Source: a virus
Lineage: Duplodnaviria > Caudoviricetes
Length of the DNA: 64,000 bases
Direction: 5' to 3' (one strand)
IMG/VR virus record: IMGVR_UViG_2882284595_000003
Coordinates: 9,169 to 73,168 of that record
Numbering within the stretch: position 1 is the first letter of the stretch; each line of letters begins with the position of its first letter. A model generated the notes under the pieces. That model saw only the letters and a program-made list of their open reading frames with translations. It had not been told where the DNA came from and did no database searches. Positions 27,046-35,915 of the stretch are shown here, piece by piece. Made by a program: the position numbers and the translations under genes.

Positions 27046-27570
27046 ATGAAACCCGTTATTCGATTGGGCGACCCCACCAGCCACGGCGGCAGGGTGGTCA
27101 GCGCTTCCAGTACCACCACCATGTTCGGCAAGGCTGTCGCCGTGGTAGGCGACTCTGTCACTTGCCCGAAGCAAGGCCACGTCAACTGCACCATCGTGGA
27201 AGGCGATCCGTCTTGGACAATCGATGGAAAAGGCATCGCGCTGGACGGCCACAAGGTCAGCTGTGGTGCAACGCTGATTTCCACCCTCAGTAATGTGACG
27301 CGCAGCTATGAGGGTAGCGGCGTGGCCAGCACTGGAGGCGGCGCAGCCGCCGACCAGGCGATGGCCATCGGCAAACCTCACCCGCCGGAGGCATTCAACC
27401 AGCACTTTCAGGTTGTTGACCAGGATGGCCAGCCACTGACCGATCTGCCCGTCCATCTGGAAATGCCCGATGGCACGATCTCAGCCGTTACCACTTCCGC
27501 CGCCGGCAAGACCGAGATTATTGGCGGCCAGGCCGCGCAAAAGATTGTCCTGCATCTGTTCAAGGAGTAA
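27046..27570 (+). CDS. PAAR-domain protein with C-terminal extension
   Basis: IRLGDPTSHGGRV...A.VGD.V.CP..GH...I.EG...IALDGH..SCGA.LI, then FNQHFQVVD..GQPL...TTSAAGKT. Confidence 0.92.
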   Translation: MKPVIRLGDPTSHGGRVVSASSTTTMFGKAVAVVGDSVTCPKQGHVNCTIVEGDPSWTIDGKGIALDGHKVSCGATLISTLSNVTRSYEGSGVASTGGGAAADQAMAIGKPHPPEAFNQHFQVVDQDGQPLTDLPVHLEMPDGTISAVTTSAAGKTEIIGGQAAQKIVLHLFKE

Positions 27571-27572
27571 GC

Positions 27573-28373
27573 GTGGACGCAGTAGACCAAATCGTCGCCA
27601 AGCTCACACACAAGAGCGACACCCAGCCTCACGTCGTCAAGATGAAGGTGTTCTGGAAAACCACCCGCAAATGGACGGACAGCGATATTGCGGACTTCCA
27701 GAGCAGCGTGCCGGCCATCGTGGAAATTCTGCGCAACGAGCAGTACTGGACCAAGGATGGCGCTGTGGCTCAGGACAGGTTTACCTGTGAGGACTTCGCC
27801 ATCCGGGTGTTGGCGCAGTATGCCGCGTCCAAGGGCCTGCCGGTGAAGCTAAAGACCGATGTACGCACCTATCGCAACATGGAGCTGTATAAGGCTGACG
27901 AGCATGATCGCTACGTCAGCGACATGTGGGGCTTCGCGGAAATGGCCATGCTGACCTACGGCGCACCGGACATGCAGAGGGTCGGGGTCAATACCGTTAA
28001 GGTGAGCGTGGCTGAAGCGTTGCGACCTGGTGATATCCTGGCACTGGCTCACGATGCCAAAGGCGCAGTAAACGGCGGCCGCGCTCACCACATCCAAGTG
28101 GTATCTGCCGTAAATCCAGCTTCCATCCATATATATCAGGGCAACTCAAACAACACTATCCACTGGCCTATGACGTGGATTTACCGCGCCGTAGGCAAGA
28201 ACATTGCCGACCCACAGCAAACCGCCTATGGTGGCCTCCCGGTTGAAACCGGGGAGTACACCAGGGCAAAATCAGGCTGGGATTACAGGAACTTCAAGAC
28301 GGGAAACCGCAGCAGCGATGCCCTGAAAGCCTTTGAGCTTTACCGCTGGAACTTTATGGAATTCAACAAATGA
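27573..28373 (+). CDS. putative cargo effector, possible CHAP/NlpC-P60-like cysteine amidase
   Basis: GTG start with AAGGAG RBS; motif order TCEDFA ... PGDIL ... HHIQVV ... IYQGN resembles papain-like cell-wall hydrolases. Confidence 0.6.
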   Translation: MDAVDQIVAKLTHKSDTQPHVVKMKVFWKTTRKWTDSDIADFQSSVPAIVEILRNEQYWTKDGAVAQDRFTCEDFAIRVLAQYAASKGLPVKLKTDVRTYRNMELYKADEHDRYVSDMWGFAEMAMLTYGAPDMQRVGVNTVKVSVAEALRPGDILALAHDAKGAVNGGRAHHIQVVSAVNPASIHIYQGNSNNTIHWPMTWIYRAVGKNIADPQQTAYGGLPVETGEYTRAKSGWDYRNFKTGNRSSDALKAFELYRWNFMEFNK

Positions 28374-28591
28374 AAGACTTTGCCTTGCTGTTCTTCACCA
28401 AGTGGGGGCTACTGAATGATACGACCTGGATGGGTATTTTCAATCTGCTGGTCATCCCCTTGTTTGCCCTGGGAATGATGAAGCGGGTCTGGACATCGAA
28501 GGCCTACCGGATCGCCGTACTCGCACTATTTGCTGTCTGCATTGTTTGCAGCTTCGCTGGCTTCTATTTCGTTGCTCAGCCTCCGGCCTGA
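28370..28591 (+). CDS. small two-TM membrane protein, candidate immunity protein
   Basis: Overlaps the effector stop; two hydrophobic helices; followed by terminator. Confidence 0.65.
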   Translation: MKDFALLFFTKWGLLNDTTWMGIFNLLVIPLFALGMMKRVWTSKAYRIAVLALFAVCIVCSFAGFYFVAQPPA

Positions 28592-28617
28592 GCTGGCAAT
28601 CCGCCCAAGTGAAATGA

Positions 28618-28644
28618 AGAAAGGCCCGCAAAGCGGGCCTTTCT
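28618..28644. terminator. bidirectional intrinsic terminator
   Basis: AGAAAGGCCCGC-aaa-GCGGGCCTTTCT between the PAAR operon and tube gene. Confidence 0.8.
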
Positions 28645-28659
28645 CATGTGGTGCAGCGG

Positions 28660-29184
28660 TCAGCCACCGATGTTGCTCCGGTAGACGGACAGCATGTCCT
28701 CGCCTCCCACCCGGAAGATGTTCGCCAGGTAGTCCAGCTCCAGCACCTCCTCGCCGTCGATCACCTGCTTGATGTAGGTGGCGGCGAAGGCCGAGCTGAA
28801 TTCGGCATTCTCATGCTGCTTGAAGGTGCCCAGCGGGTTCTTCTTGAACATCACGGTCAGGTAGGTCACCAGACTGACCTCCTGCAGGCGGCCCTGGGCA
28901 CCGTAGGTTTCAATGCTGGACCGGCATTGCAGCTGTGCTGCCTTGAACGGATTGGCCATCGTCTTGGCCACGTCCTTGTACAACGAGTTCCACTTGATCT
29001 CGCCTTCCAGCTTGTCGAAGCCGGCCGGCAGCTCAATCTTGCCGACCATGCCCAGCGCCTTGTGTTCCTGCATGATGGCCGACACGTCCGGCAGCTTCAC
29101 CTCGTCGGCCCGGCCGAGAAGCGAGGCGCCGTTGACATAGATGTTGGCGTTGGTGATGCGGTTGATTTCAATTTTGCCCGCCAT
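28660..29184 (-). CDS. major tail tube protein
   Basis: ITNANIYVNG...LGRA.EVKLP...HKALGMVG.IELPAG.DKLE. Confidence 0.93.
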   Translation of the reverse strand: MAGKIEINRITNANIYVNGASLLGRADEVKLPDVSAIMQEHKALGMVGKIELPAGFDKLEGEIKWNSLYKDVAKTMANPFKAAQLQCRSSIETYGAQGRLQEVSLVTYLTVMFKKNPLGTFKQHENAEFSSAFAATYIKQVIDGEEVLELDYLANIFRVGGEDMLSVYRSNIGG

Positions 29185-29186
29185 GG

Positions 29187-30617
29187 TCAGTTACCCCCCT
29201 TCAGGCTCAGCAGGTATTCCGAGGTGATCTCGGTTTCAAAGGTCAGGCGCTCCAGCGGCGGCGGCACCGTGTACTTGTAGCTGATCAGCAAATGGCCGTT
29301 GGCCAGCTCGGTCTGCTCGTTGCGTGCCGGGTCGAACCAGGCTTTGAAGCCCAGCAAGGCGCCGTCGCCGATCAGCTTGCGGCCGTAGCCGTTTACCGAC
29401 TCCACCAGTGCGTCGATGGTGGCCTGGTTGAGCGGCATGTCGATGAACTGCTGGCTGAAGTAGCGGATCGACTCGTTGATCACGTCGCCGGTACGGCGCA
29501 CGTTTTCAAAGTTGCGCATGTGGCTGACGGTGGGCCAGGCTGCGGTACGGTTGCCCCATAGACGGTAGCCGGACCCATAGCTGGAAAACACCGTGGTGAT
29601 GCCTTGTTCGTTGAGCAAGTTCACCTCGGACTGCGGGTCGTCGATCATTGCCGACAGCTGCCGTTCCACCCCGGTGATTCCAGCCAGCTCCTGGTTGGAG
29701 CTGGACCACCAGAACCCCTTATCGATGTCCACCTTGGCGCGCAGGCCGGCGGCGCGTGCCGACAGCGGCTCCAGTCGTTCCGCGTTCGTGATCGGGTCGT
29801 ACACCTTGACGTGCGGATAGCACAGGCGCGCGCGGTCGCTGGAGGTGTTGAAGTTGATGGTGCCGGCCGGGCCTCGGCCGGCCAGCGCCTGGGCGTAAGT
29901 GGTGCCAATCGGCGCATCCAGGTACGCCACGGCACCGAGCTGGCCAGCCATGGCGATCAACTCGGCGGCCACCGAGTTCTGCGTGCAGAAGGCCGGCGCG
30001 ATCAGGATTTTGGCGAAGAAGCCAAACAGGTTGTACGTATCCTTCAACGCTTTCAACCCCGTGCGAACACCGGCCGCATTGATGGTGCCGAGGATGTCGG
30101 CCAGCGTCACCTTGGCCGGGTCGGCGTAGTCATAGGCCGCCTTGAGGCTGGCAGCCACCGCGATCTTGCCCCCTTTGACGCGCAGCACCTCGCCGGTCAT
30201 GGCGTTAACGGTGTAGTCGGCGCCTTCGGCATAGGTGGCGTTGCCATCCGCGCTTCTCAGCACCAGGTTGCTGATGGCGCCGCGCGCCAGCATTGCCCGG
30301 TCGGTGGCCTTGTCCAGGGTAACGTTCTCGCCAGCAGCGCTGCTTTTGTGAATCGCCGGGTCCAGCACATTGATCACAATGACAGTGCCGGCGCCGTGGT
30401 CGTAAATCGCGTCCAGCGCCTGGGGGATGGTGAAGCCCGGCAGCTGCGGACCGAAACCGGCGGCATCCTTCTCCGACAAGCTCAGTACCGGCGTATTGAT
30501 GGCGCCAACCGGAGCCGTGCCAATCAGCCCGATCACCGCCGACTTGACGGTACGCACCGGGCGCGGGCCGCGCTCGACCTCAATCGTTTCCACTCCATGC
30601 AGATAGTTTGCAGCCAT
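29187..30617 (-). CDS. tail sheath protein
   Basis: ANYLHGVETIE...KSAVIGLIGTAP...LWGNRT...PPPLERLTF. Confidence 0.95.
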   Translation of the reverse strand: MAANYLHGVETIEVERGPRPVRTVKSAVIGLIGTAPVGAINTPVLSLSEKDAAGFGPQLPGFTIPQALDAIYDHGAGTVIVINVLDPAIHKSSAAGENVTLDKATDRAMLARGAISNLVLRSADGNATYAEGADYTVNAMTGEVLRVKGGKIAVAASLKAAYDYADPAKVTLADILGTINAAGVRTGLKALKDTYNLFGFFAKILIAPAFCTQNSVAAELIAMAGQLGAVAYLDAPIGTTYAQALAGRGPAGTINFNTSSDRARLCYPHVKVYDPITNAERLEPLSARAAGLRAKVDIDKGFWWSSSNQELAGITGVERQLSAMIDDPQSEVNLLNEQGITTVFSSYGSGYRLWGNRTAAWPTVSHMRNFENVRRTGDVINESIRYFSQQFIDMPLNQATIDALVESVNGYGRKLIGDGALLGFKAWFDPARNEQTELANGHLLISYKYTVPPPLERLTFETEITSEYLLSLKGGN

Positions 30618-30619
30618 GC

Positions 30620-30850
30620 TTAGGCTCCCTTGCCTACGGTTTCATCACTGGGGGTGCTGCGCGAGGCAGTCCGTCCCGGTCTGGCCTGGCCATCCACTGC
30701 CACCAGGTAGTCCAGCGCCTGAAGCGTCTGGGTGTATTCGTTGCTTTCCGGCAGGTCCACCTCGCAGCCGGGGTAGAACATCACCTCGCGGGCGGCGCCG
30801 TCGACTTGCAGGGTGACCCCGCTTACGGGACCGGAATACAGGTATTTCAT
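30620..30850 (-). CDS. small virion-associated hypothetical protein
   Basis: MKYLYSGP.SGVTL; tightly packed between gp37 and sheath; GAGGA RBS. Confidence 0.75.
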   Translation of the reverse strand: MKYLYSGPVSGVTLQVDGAAREVMFYPGCEVDLPESNEYTQTLQALDYLVAVDGQARPGRTASRSTPSDETVGKGA

Positions 30851-31311
30851 GGTTGTTCCTCATGATTGACTTGGGTGAGCCGAGGGTCGGCGTCAGAGTC
30901 AGCATCCTCAATCTGCATGGCCTGGGCGGTGAAGTCGGCGGCGTATTGCCACAGGCCTGCGGATTGCCCCAGGAAGCGCTCGCCCGCGGCCTGCAGCTTG
31001 CGGCAATCCGGCAGCCGGTAACCCACCAGCGCGCGGCGGACGTCGTCCAGCACCGCCACCGCGCCTGTGCGGCCATTCAGCTGCCGCAGCACCACTGTCA
31101 CCGACAGCTTGAGCGTGCGCGGCTGAACCACCGCGCCGGCATCCACCGGGGCGCCAAACTGGCTGCTCAGGTAGCTGACCAGCAGCGCGCCGGCCGGGTG
31201 ATTGAGCCGATACTCGGCCGGCCGCTCCGGGAAGTACTCGACCAGTAGACCGGGCAGCCTGGCCTGCAGCCGCGCCACTAGGGCGTCGATGATCTCGACG
31301 GTGGAGCCCAT
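30847..31311 (-). CDS. Gp37-family tail terminator/neck protein
   Basis: VEYFPERPAEYRLNHP.GALLVSY...G.WQYA; synteny after gp36. Confidence 0.85.
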   Translation of the reverse strand: MGSTVEIIDALVARLQARLPGLLVEYFPERPAEYRLNHPAGALLVSYLSSQFGAPVDAGAVVQPRTLKLSVTVVLRQLNGRTGAVAVLDDVRRALVGYRLPDCRKLQAAGERFLGQSAGLWQYAADFTAQAMQIEDADSDADPRLTQVNHEEQP

Positions 31312-31760
31312 CAGCGGTAACGCTCCAGCATCGATGCGCTGAACAGCTGCCGCCGCGCCCGGACCTTCACCTCGCCCGGCTCCGGCGCGGCTTCTCCGGT
31401 GGGCAAGCCTATGGTCAGCTTGCCGTCGCGGATGGATTCCAGGATCTGCAGCGCCGCCTTGTAGGTGCGGGTGACAGCATCCGGCAGCTCGTTCCCCTCC
31501 GGCCGCCGCGCATACAGCCAATGCCGCGCCAGGTTAACGGTGTTGTCCTTGATCACCGATGGCACCGTGGCCAGCGGCAGCACATAGCGGCCGCGCAGAT
31601 GCGCATCCACCAGCTCCTCGGCCTGGCGCACCGCTTCCTCCACCACGGCCAGGTTCGGCTCCGGCGCCATGTGGTAGTCGGTGGGGGCGTCGTTGGTGAG
31701 CTGAACCAGCGTGGCCTGGGGGATGGCCAGCTGCAGGTCGGCCAGGGTGCAGTAGCGCAT
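31311..31760 (-). CDS. Mu gp36-like head-tail adaptor (DUF1320)
   Basis: MRYCTLADL...VDAHLRGRYVLPL...ARHWLY.RR. Confidence 0.9.
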   Translation of the reverse strand: MRYCTLADLQLAIPQATLVQLTNDAPTDYHMAPEPNLAVVEEAVRQAEELVDAHLRGRYVLPLATVPSVIKDNTVNLARHWLYARRPEGNELPDAVTRTYKAALQILESIRDGKLTIGLPTGEAAPEPGEVKVRARRQLFSASMLERYR

Positions 31761-31761
31761 G

Positions 31762-32094
31762 TCAGATGCCCCGCAAGATGCGGATCACGTCGCCAGCCGC
31801 GGAGGCGGCGTCCAGGGCGATGCCGCTGGCCTGGCCGGCCGCCTTGGCCACAGCCTGGCCAGCGGCGTTCGACTGCACGTCTGCGCCGGCCGCAATGGCG
31901 CCGCCAGCCTCCACCAGGATGGCGCCCAGCACGTTGGCCGGCGCCATGTTGTCGGCCTCGGTGTCCACCTCCACCACGCCCAGCGCCTTGGCGCCGTCGC
32001 CGCAGGTCTTGCCGTCTAGGCCGACAAAGCGGCGCGCCTGCAGGTCAGCCGCGGCCAGCACCGACAGGGTCAAAACCACGTTCTGTCCTCTCAT
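31762..32094 (-). CDS. capsid cement/decoration protein (DUF2190-like)
   Basis: Small Ala/Gly-rich beta protein after capsid; VEAGGAIAAG...GIALDAA..AGD.I. Confidence 0.8.
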   Translation of the reverse strand: MRGQNVVLTLSVLAAADLQARRFVGLDGKTCGDGAKALGVVEVDTEADNMAPANVLGAILVEAGGAIAAGADVQSNAAGQAVAKAAGQASGIALDAASAAGDVIRILRGI

Positions 32095-32330
32095 TTGCCT
32101 TCTCCTTTCTTGCCCGCTTTGGCGGTGTCGCCTGCAGGCAGCGTGTCTTCGCCCTCGGTGTTGGCCTGCTGGTCGGTATTGCTATCGGCCTTCTGCCCGC
32201 TGGCCAGGGTGGTTTTTACCTCCACCAGCCAGGGAGACGACTGTGGTTCGTCCAACTCGATGGTCTGGCCTTCCGCCAACAGTTCTCCGTCGTGCTGCAG
32301 GGCGATGCCCTGAATGCGATAGATCGGCAT
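32091..32330 (-). CDS. hypothetical head-region protein
   Basis: GGAGG RBS; L.HDG....G..IEL N-terminus with low-complexity tail. Confidence 0.7.
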   Translation of the reverse strand: MPIYRIQGIALQHDGELLAEGQTIELDEPQSSPWLVEVKTTLASGQKADSNTDQQANTEGEDTLPAGDTAKAGKKGEGK

Positions 32331-32340
32331 ATGCCCTCCG

Positions 32341-33267
32341 TCACGCCACGTCGGCGATCAGATAGCCGGCATCGGCGCCGACCACCACCAGCTTGTAGAT
32401 ATCGGTGTGCCGGACGTAACGCACCTTGCCGCCTTCGCCGTCGTACTTATCGGTTTCCGGCATGTTGCGCTTGCGCAGGGTGTAGCCGAAGGACGGGATG
32501 TCGGCGTCGCCATCGGTGCCGGCTGCGGGCTTGGCCACGTAGGCCAGCACCACGTTGTCGCCCCAGATATCGCCCGTCGCGCTGCGGCCGTCCGATGCCA
32601 GCGCTTCGCCGATAAAGATGTCCTCGACACCCCACAGCGCCTTCAAATGCTCCAGCGTGATCAGCTTGCGCTCTTGAGTGCCGAGGGCCGCAGCCAGCCC
32701 CTTGTGGAATTTCAACGTGGCGTAGGTGGCAGCGCCGATGACGCCAGTATTGGGGCGCATGCCGGTGCGTTGGCGGATGACTTCCTTGCCGTCTTCCACG
32801 TCCTTGATCGGGTCGCCGCCGCTGTTTGCCCATTTGCTGGAGCCGGACAGCGCCACCTTGGCGCCGGGCAGATAGGTCTTGGGGTTTTGCGCCAGGATGG
32901 CGGCGGCCACTTCGCGCCGCAGGTCGATAGCGTCTTTGACCCGCTTGGCGGCCTTGGCCTCTTCGTTGAACATCGATTCGGCTTGCTCGCGATAGTCCAC
33001 CGGATAGGACAGGTCATGCTCGCGCAGTACCACGTCCAGGGTGTTCGGGTCGTCGGCGATCATCACATTGGTGCGGCCGCGGATGGCGCGTTCGGTTTCC
33101 CACAGCATGAAGGCTTCTTTGCCGAACAGCGGGATGATGCCGGCCTCCTTGTCCATCGGCGCAATTGGAAACAAGCTCTCGCCAATGTATTGCGCGTTGC
33201 GGTAGCCGCGCGCCAGGCTGGTCAGTACCGGGTCGACCACCCGGAGTTTCTTCAAACGGTCGCTCAT
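32341..33267 (-). CDS. major capsid protein
   Basis: VDPVLTSLARGY...PSFGYT...GADAGYLI; follows protease/scaffold; AAGGAG RBS. Confidence 0.9.
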   Translation of the reverse strand: MSDRLKKLRVVDPVLTSLARGYRNAQYIGESLFPIAPMDKEAGIIPLFGKEAFMLWETERAIRGRTNVMIADDPNTLDVVLREHDLSYPVDYREQAESMFNEEAKAAKRVKDAIDLRREVAAAILAQNPKTYLPGAKVALSGSSKWANSGGDPIKDVEDGKEVIRQRTGMRPNTGVIGAATYATLKFHKGLAAALGTQERKLITLEHLKALWGVEDIFIGEALASDGRSATGDIWGDNVVLAYVAKPAAGTDGDADIPSFGYTLRKRNMPETDKYDGEGGKVRYVRHTDIYKLVVVGADAGYLIADVA

Positions 33268-33279
33268 GGCGGCTCCTTA

Positions 33280-34392
33280 TCAGTTGGGACGGGATTTCAG
33301 CAACTGGCGCACGGCCTGCTCGTAGGGAATGCCCTTCTCGGTGGCCAGGGCGGTGGCTCGGTTGTGCAACTGCAGCCGCTCCGGATCGGCGCGCTCGCCA
33401 AACTCCAGCGAGCCGTCCTGCTCCCACTGGTTAGCCTTGTCCTTGGTAGCGGCCTCGCTGAAATCGATCACCTTCGGCATGTCGCCCAGGAAGCCTTTGA
33501 AGGCGCTGGCCAGCGCTTGCTTGGCATCGCCCTCGCCGAACTCGACGGAGGCTTCACCGTCCGCAAAGTCCAGGAAAGCCACCACGGCGTCCTTGTGTTT
33601 CGGCACCAACTTGCCTTCGCCGATCAACTGCTCGGCATAGGCCAGGTGTTCGCTGTGGCGCGCAACCGCGGCCGTGGCCTTCTTCTCGGCCGCGGCCGTC
33701 GCCAGTTGCTGCTTCAGCCTGGCGTTTTCCGCCTCCAGGGCGGCTTGCTGTTCAGGGGTCACTTCAGGGGTCTCCTTGGGTTGGGATGGATCGGCAAAGG
33801 AAGAGGAAGAGGAGTCATCCTGGCGGGCGTCGTCCTCCAGGCTGGCCACGGCATAGTCGGGAATGACCTTGTCGGCGGCATCGAGGCCGAACTGGCTGAT
33901 CAGCCACTCGCGCATGCGGCGCCAGAGGCTGGCGTTCTGGACGTCGCCCCAGTCGCCGAACTCGACCACGTCGTCGTCGGCCTCGCCGAACTCCACCGGA
34001 CGCAGCCCCTTCACGGCGGGCGGCTGCGCGCCCAGGAAACCGACATGGCGCAGGTAGTAGACGCCGGGCACCGGGTTGTTCGGCGAGTCGGGACGGTAGA
34101 AAGAGGCGGAGATTTTCTTGTGGCGGCCGGTTGCCACCTGTTCGGCGAATGCCGGGTCCACTTGGTGCGGCTCGGCCAAAAGGTCGATGCCGCTGGCGGC
34201 AAGAGACTTCACCCAGCCATAGGCCGGCGCGTCGTGCCTGGGATGACCGATGACGATGGGTGCCTCATGCAGGGCCGGATCGTAAGCGCGGGCACAGGCC
34301 GCGAGGTCGGACTCGGAAAAGTCCAGCACGTCGCCAGACATCGCTGTCTGGCGGCCGGACTTGAATATGTGCAGGGATTGGGTCGCGTTCAT
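33280..34392 (-). CDS. prohead protease/scaffold (Mu gpI/Z-like)
   Basis: YDPALHEAPIVIGHP...PAYGWV...YYLRHVGFLGAQPPAVKGL, C-terminal coiled coil. Confidence 0.92.
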   Translation of the reverse strand: MNATQSLHIFKSGRQTAMSGDVLDFSESDLAACARAYDPALHEAPIVIGHPRHDAPAYGWVKSLAASGIDLLAEPHQVDPAFAEQVATGRHKKISASFYRPDSPNNPVPGVYYLRHVGFLGAQPPAVKGLRPVEFGEADDDVVEFGDWGDVQNASLWRRMREWLISQFGLDAADKVIPDYAVASLEDDARQDDSSSSSFADPSQPKETPEVTPEQQAALEAENARLKQQLATAAAEKKATAAVARHSEHLAYAEQLIGEGKLVPKHKDAVVAFLDFADGEASVEFGEGDAKQALASAFKGFLGDMPKVIDFSEAATKDKANQWEQDGSLEFGERADPERLQLHNRATALATEKGIPYEQAVRQLLKSRPN

Positions 34393-34398
34393 GCCGTC

Positions 34399-34441
34399 AT
34401 GGTGAACGGCGTCAGCGGGCGGGACGTTTAATCGGCTTTAA
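34399..34441 (-). promoter_or_regulatory. Mor/C-type late promoter 2
   Basis: TTAA-N6-TTAA at 34428-34441, 23-nt spacer, CACCAT -10. Confidence 0.75.
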
Positions 34442-34464
34442 AGTTTCGCCGAGTCAAGAATGGA

Positions 34465-35067
34465 TTAACGCGGGCTACCGGGTTTGACTGTTGCTGAATG
34501 AAAGCCCGACCCAAAAGCAAAGAGCCTTTCTGGCTCTCCAGGCAACTGTTTATGAATGATACGTAGCAGGGCTTCAACATCCTCTCGGCAGCGTAGCGCA
34601 AATTCATCACTTCTGATACGTAGCTCCCAATCATCCAACAACTCATCATGGAAACCATCCAGGTAAGCGTCAGTGGTCTTTGTGTCACTCTTTTCAAGGC
34701 TCTTGGATCGGCCATGTGCAATTGTGTTGCGGAATTTGAATAGTTCACTCAGTGTCTGCCAAGGACGCCCACCTTTCGCATTCGGCACACTTATCTCAAG
34801 CCGATCAATGATCAAATCAAATTTAGCAAGTGGCGAGAGTCGATCAAGATGCTCCCAATGAGCAAACAGGCAAGGTCCTATATGGTTTTGGTAGGCCTCA
34901 AAGGCAAAGGCAGTCAATAGTATTGACGAGAGAAATTGCCATGACGAACCCTCTGGATTCTGGCGCGCTTTTTCCAATACACAATCACTTGCATGCCAAA
35001 GCTCTGAGTACATGATCATCTGCCGTTCTTTTTTTACCTCGACAAAGACCTTGCCTGTCTTGCTCAT
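34465..35067 (-). CDS. hypothetical moron protein with HEPN-like R-X4-H motif
   Basis: Low GC, AAGGAAG RBS, AFEAYQN helix and FRNTIAH motif. Confidence 0.7.
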   Translation of the reverse strand: MSKTGKVFVEVKKERQMIMYSELWHASDCVLEKARQNPEGSSWQFLSSILLTAFAFEAYQNHIGPCLFAHWEHLDRLSPLAKFDLIIDRLEISVPNAKGGRPWQTLSELFKFRNTIAHGRSKSLEKSDTKTTDAYLDGFHDELLDDWELRIRSDEFALRCREDVEALLRIIHKQLPGEPERLFAFGSGFHSATVKPGSPR

Positions 35068-35225
35068 GATGGATCACTTCCTTAGTCGTTAAGCGCTATC
35101 GTGGTCGACCTCACTCGCAGGGAACCAGTGGGCCTCATCTCCAATCAGTAAAGCCTTTATAAAGCTTTACACCTTCACTACGCCAGCTGTGGGCCATCAT
35201 CGGGCGCAGGAAAATAAAAAACCGG

Positions 35226-35249
35226 CCCTGCGGCTTCTACACCGCAGGG
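35226..35249 (-). terminator. intrinsic terminator
   Basis: CCCTGCGG-N8-CCGCAGGG followed closely by a T-rich tract on the minus strand. Confidence 0.7.
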
Positions 35250-35259
35250 GAGATTTGGC

Positions 35260-35382
35260 TTAGTCTGGCGCCATCGCCAGCAACTCGAACCACAGCAACA
35301 CTGCCAACACCCAGAGCCAACGCCACTTGGTCAACGCAGCCAACACCACCACGCCGCCAGTTACTGCTATTACCAACCTCAT
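35260..35382 (-). CDS. 40-aa hydrophobic membrane peptide (below ORF-track cutoff)
   Basis: MRLVIAVTGGVVVLAALTKWRWLWVLAVLLWFELLAMAPD; GGGAGA RBS; terminator directly after the stop. Confidence 0.6.
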   Translation of the reverse strand: MRLVIAVTGGVVVLAALTKWRWLWVLAVLLWFELLAMAPD

Positions 35383-35462
35383 GCAGGTCTCCCAAATACG
35401 GGCTGGGGCTGGTGCCCCATGCACCCGCAAGGGATATGCCGAACATGCTCTTATAAAAACGG

Positions 35463-35915
35463 TCAGCCAGCCGCCGCATGTTGCAGGTGGCGCATCACGG
35501 CGCCGATGACAGCCTCGCCGGCCTCTGGCTGCAGCTCGCCGTCCTCGTTCATCGGCAGGTACGGCCGCGCCTCCAGCTCCACCGCCTGGTTGCGGCCGGC
35601 CTGGCCGCCCAGATGCTGGATGCGCGCATATGGCAGATTGCTGCCGATGACCGAGGAGTGCGGGTCATAGTCGGTGACCACCGAAGCCGCCAGCTGGCCG
35701 CGGTCTTGCAGCGTCACGCCGCCGTCCCGGCTGGCGCGCTGGCTGGGCGTCCAGCTCGGCCGCCCCTCGGCCTCGAAGTTTTCCTCGGTGATGAACGCCA
35801 ACGAGGCGGCGATGGCGCGCATGGCCGGCGTCATGTCAGCCACAGATGACTCCAGCCGGCGCAGCGCGCGTTGTACCTGGTCGTCCTGGATGACGATGCT
35901 GACGAAGTCGCTCAT
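35463..35915 (-). CDS. virion morphogenesis protein (Mu gpG-like)
   Basis: ENFEAEGRPSW...LQDRGQL..S...GSNLPYARIQHLGG...ARPYL. Confidence 0.9.
   Translation of the reverse strand: MSDFVSIVIQDDQVQRALRRLESSVADMTPAMRAIAASLAFITEENFEAEGRPSWTPSQRASRDGGVTLQDRGQLAASVVTDYDPHSSVIGSNLPYARIQHLGGQAGRNQAVELEARPYLPMNEDGELQPEAGEAVIGAVMRHLQHAAAG

Noticed and set aside
27046-27570. PAAR proteins as tips for the phages' own tail spikes
   Set aside because: Both spikes end in HxH metal-binding tips (HSHTH, HHSH) like the self-sharpened P2 gpV, and the cassettes lack the late-promoter motifs; judged unlikely but not excluded.
32407-34431. Long opposite-strand ORFs (674 aa here; also 38204-39973, 47576-48988, 54780-56417)
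   Set aside because: Shadow frames of well-supported genes in high-GC DNA, with no RBS or recognisable motifs.
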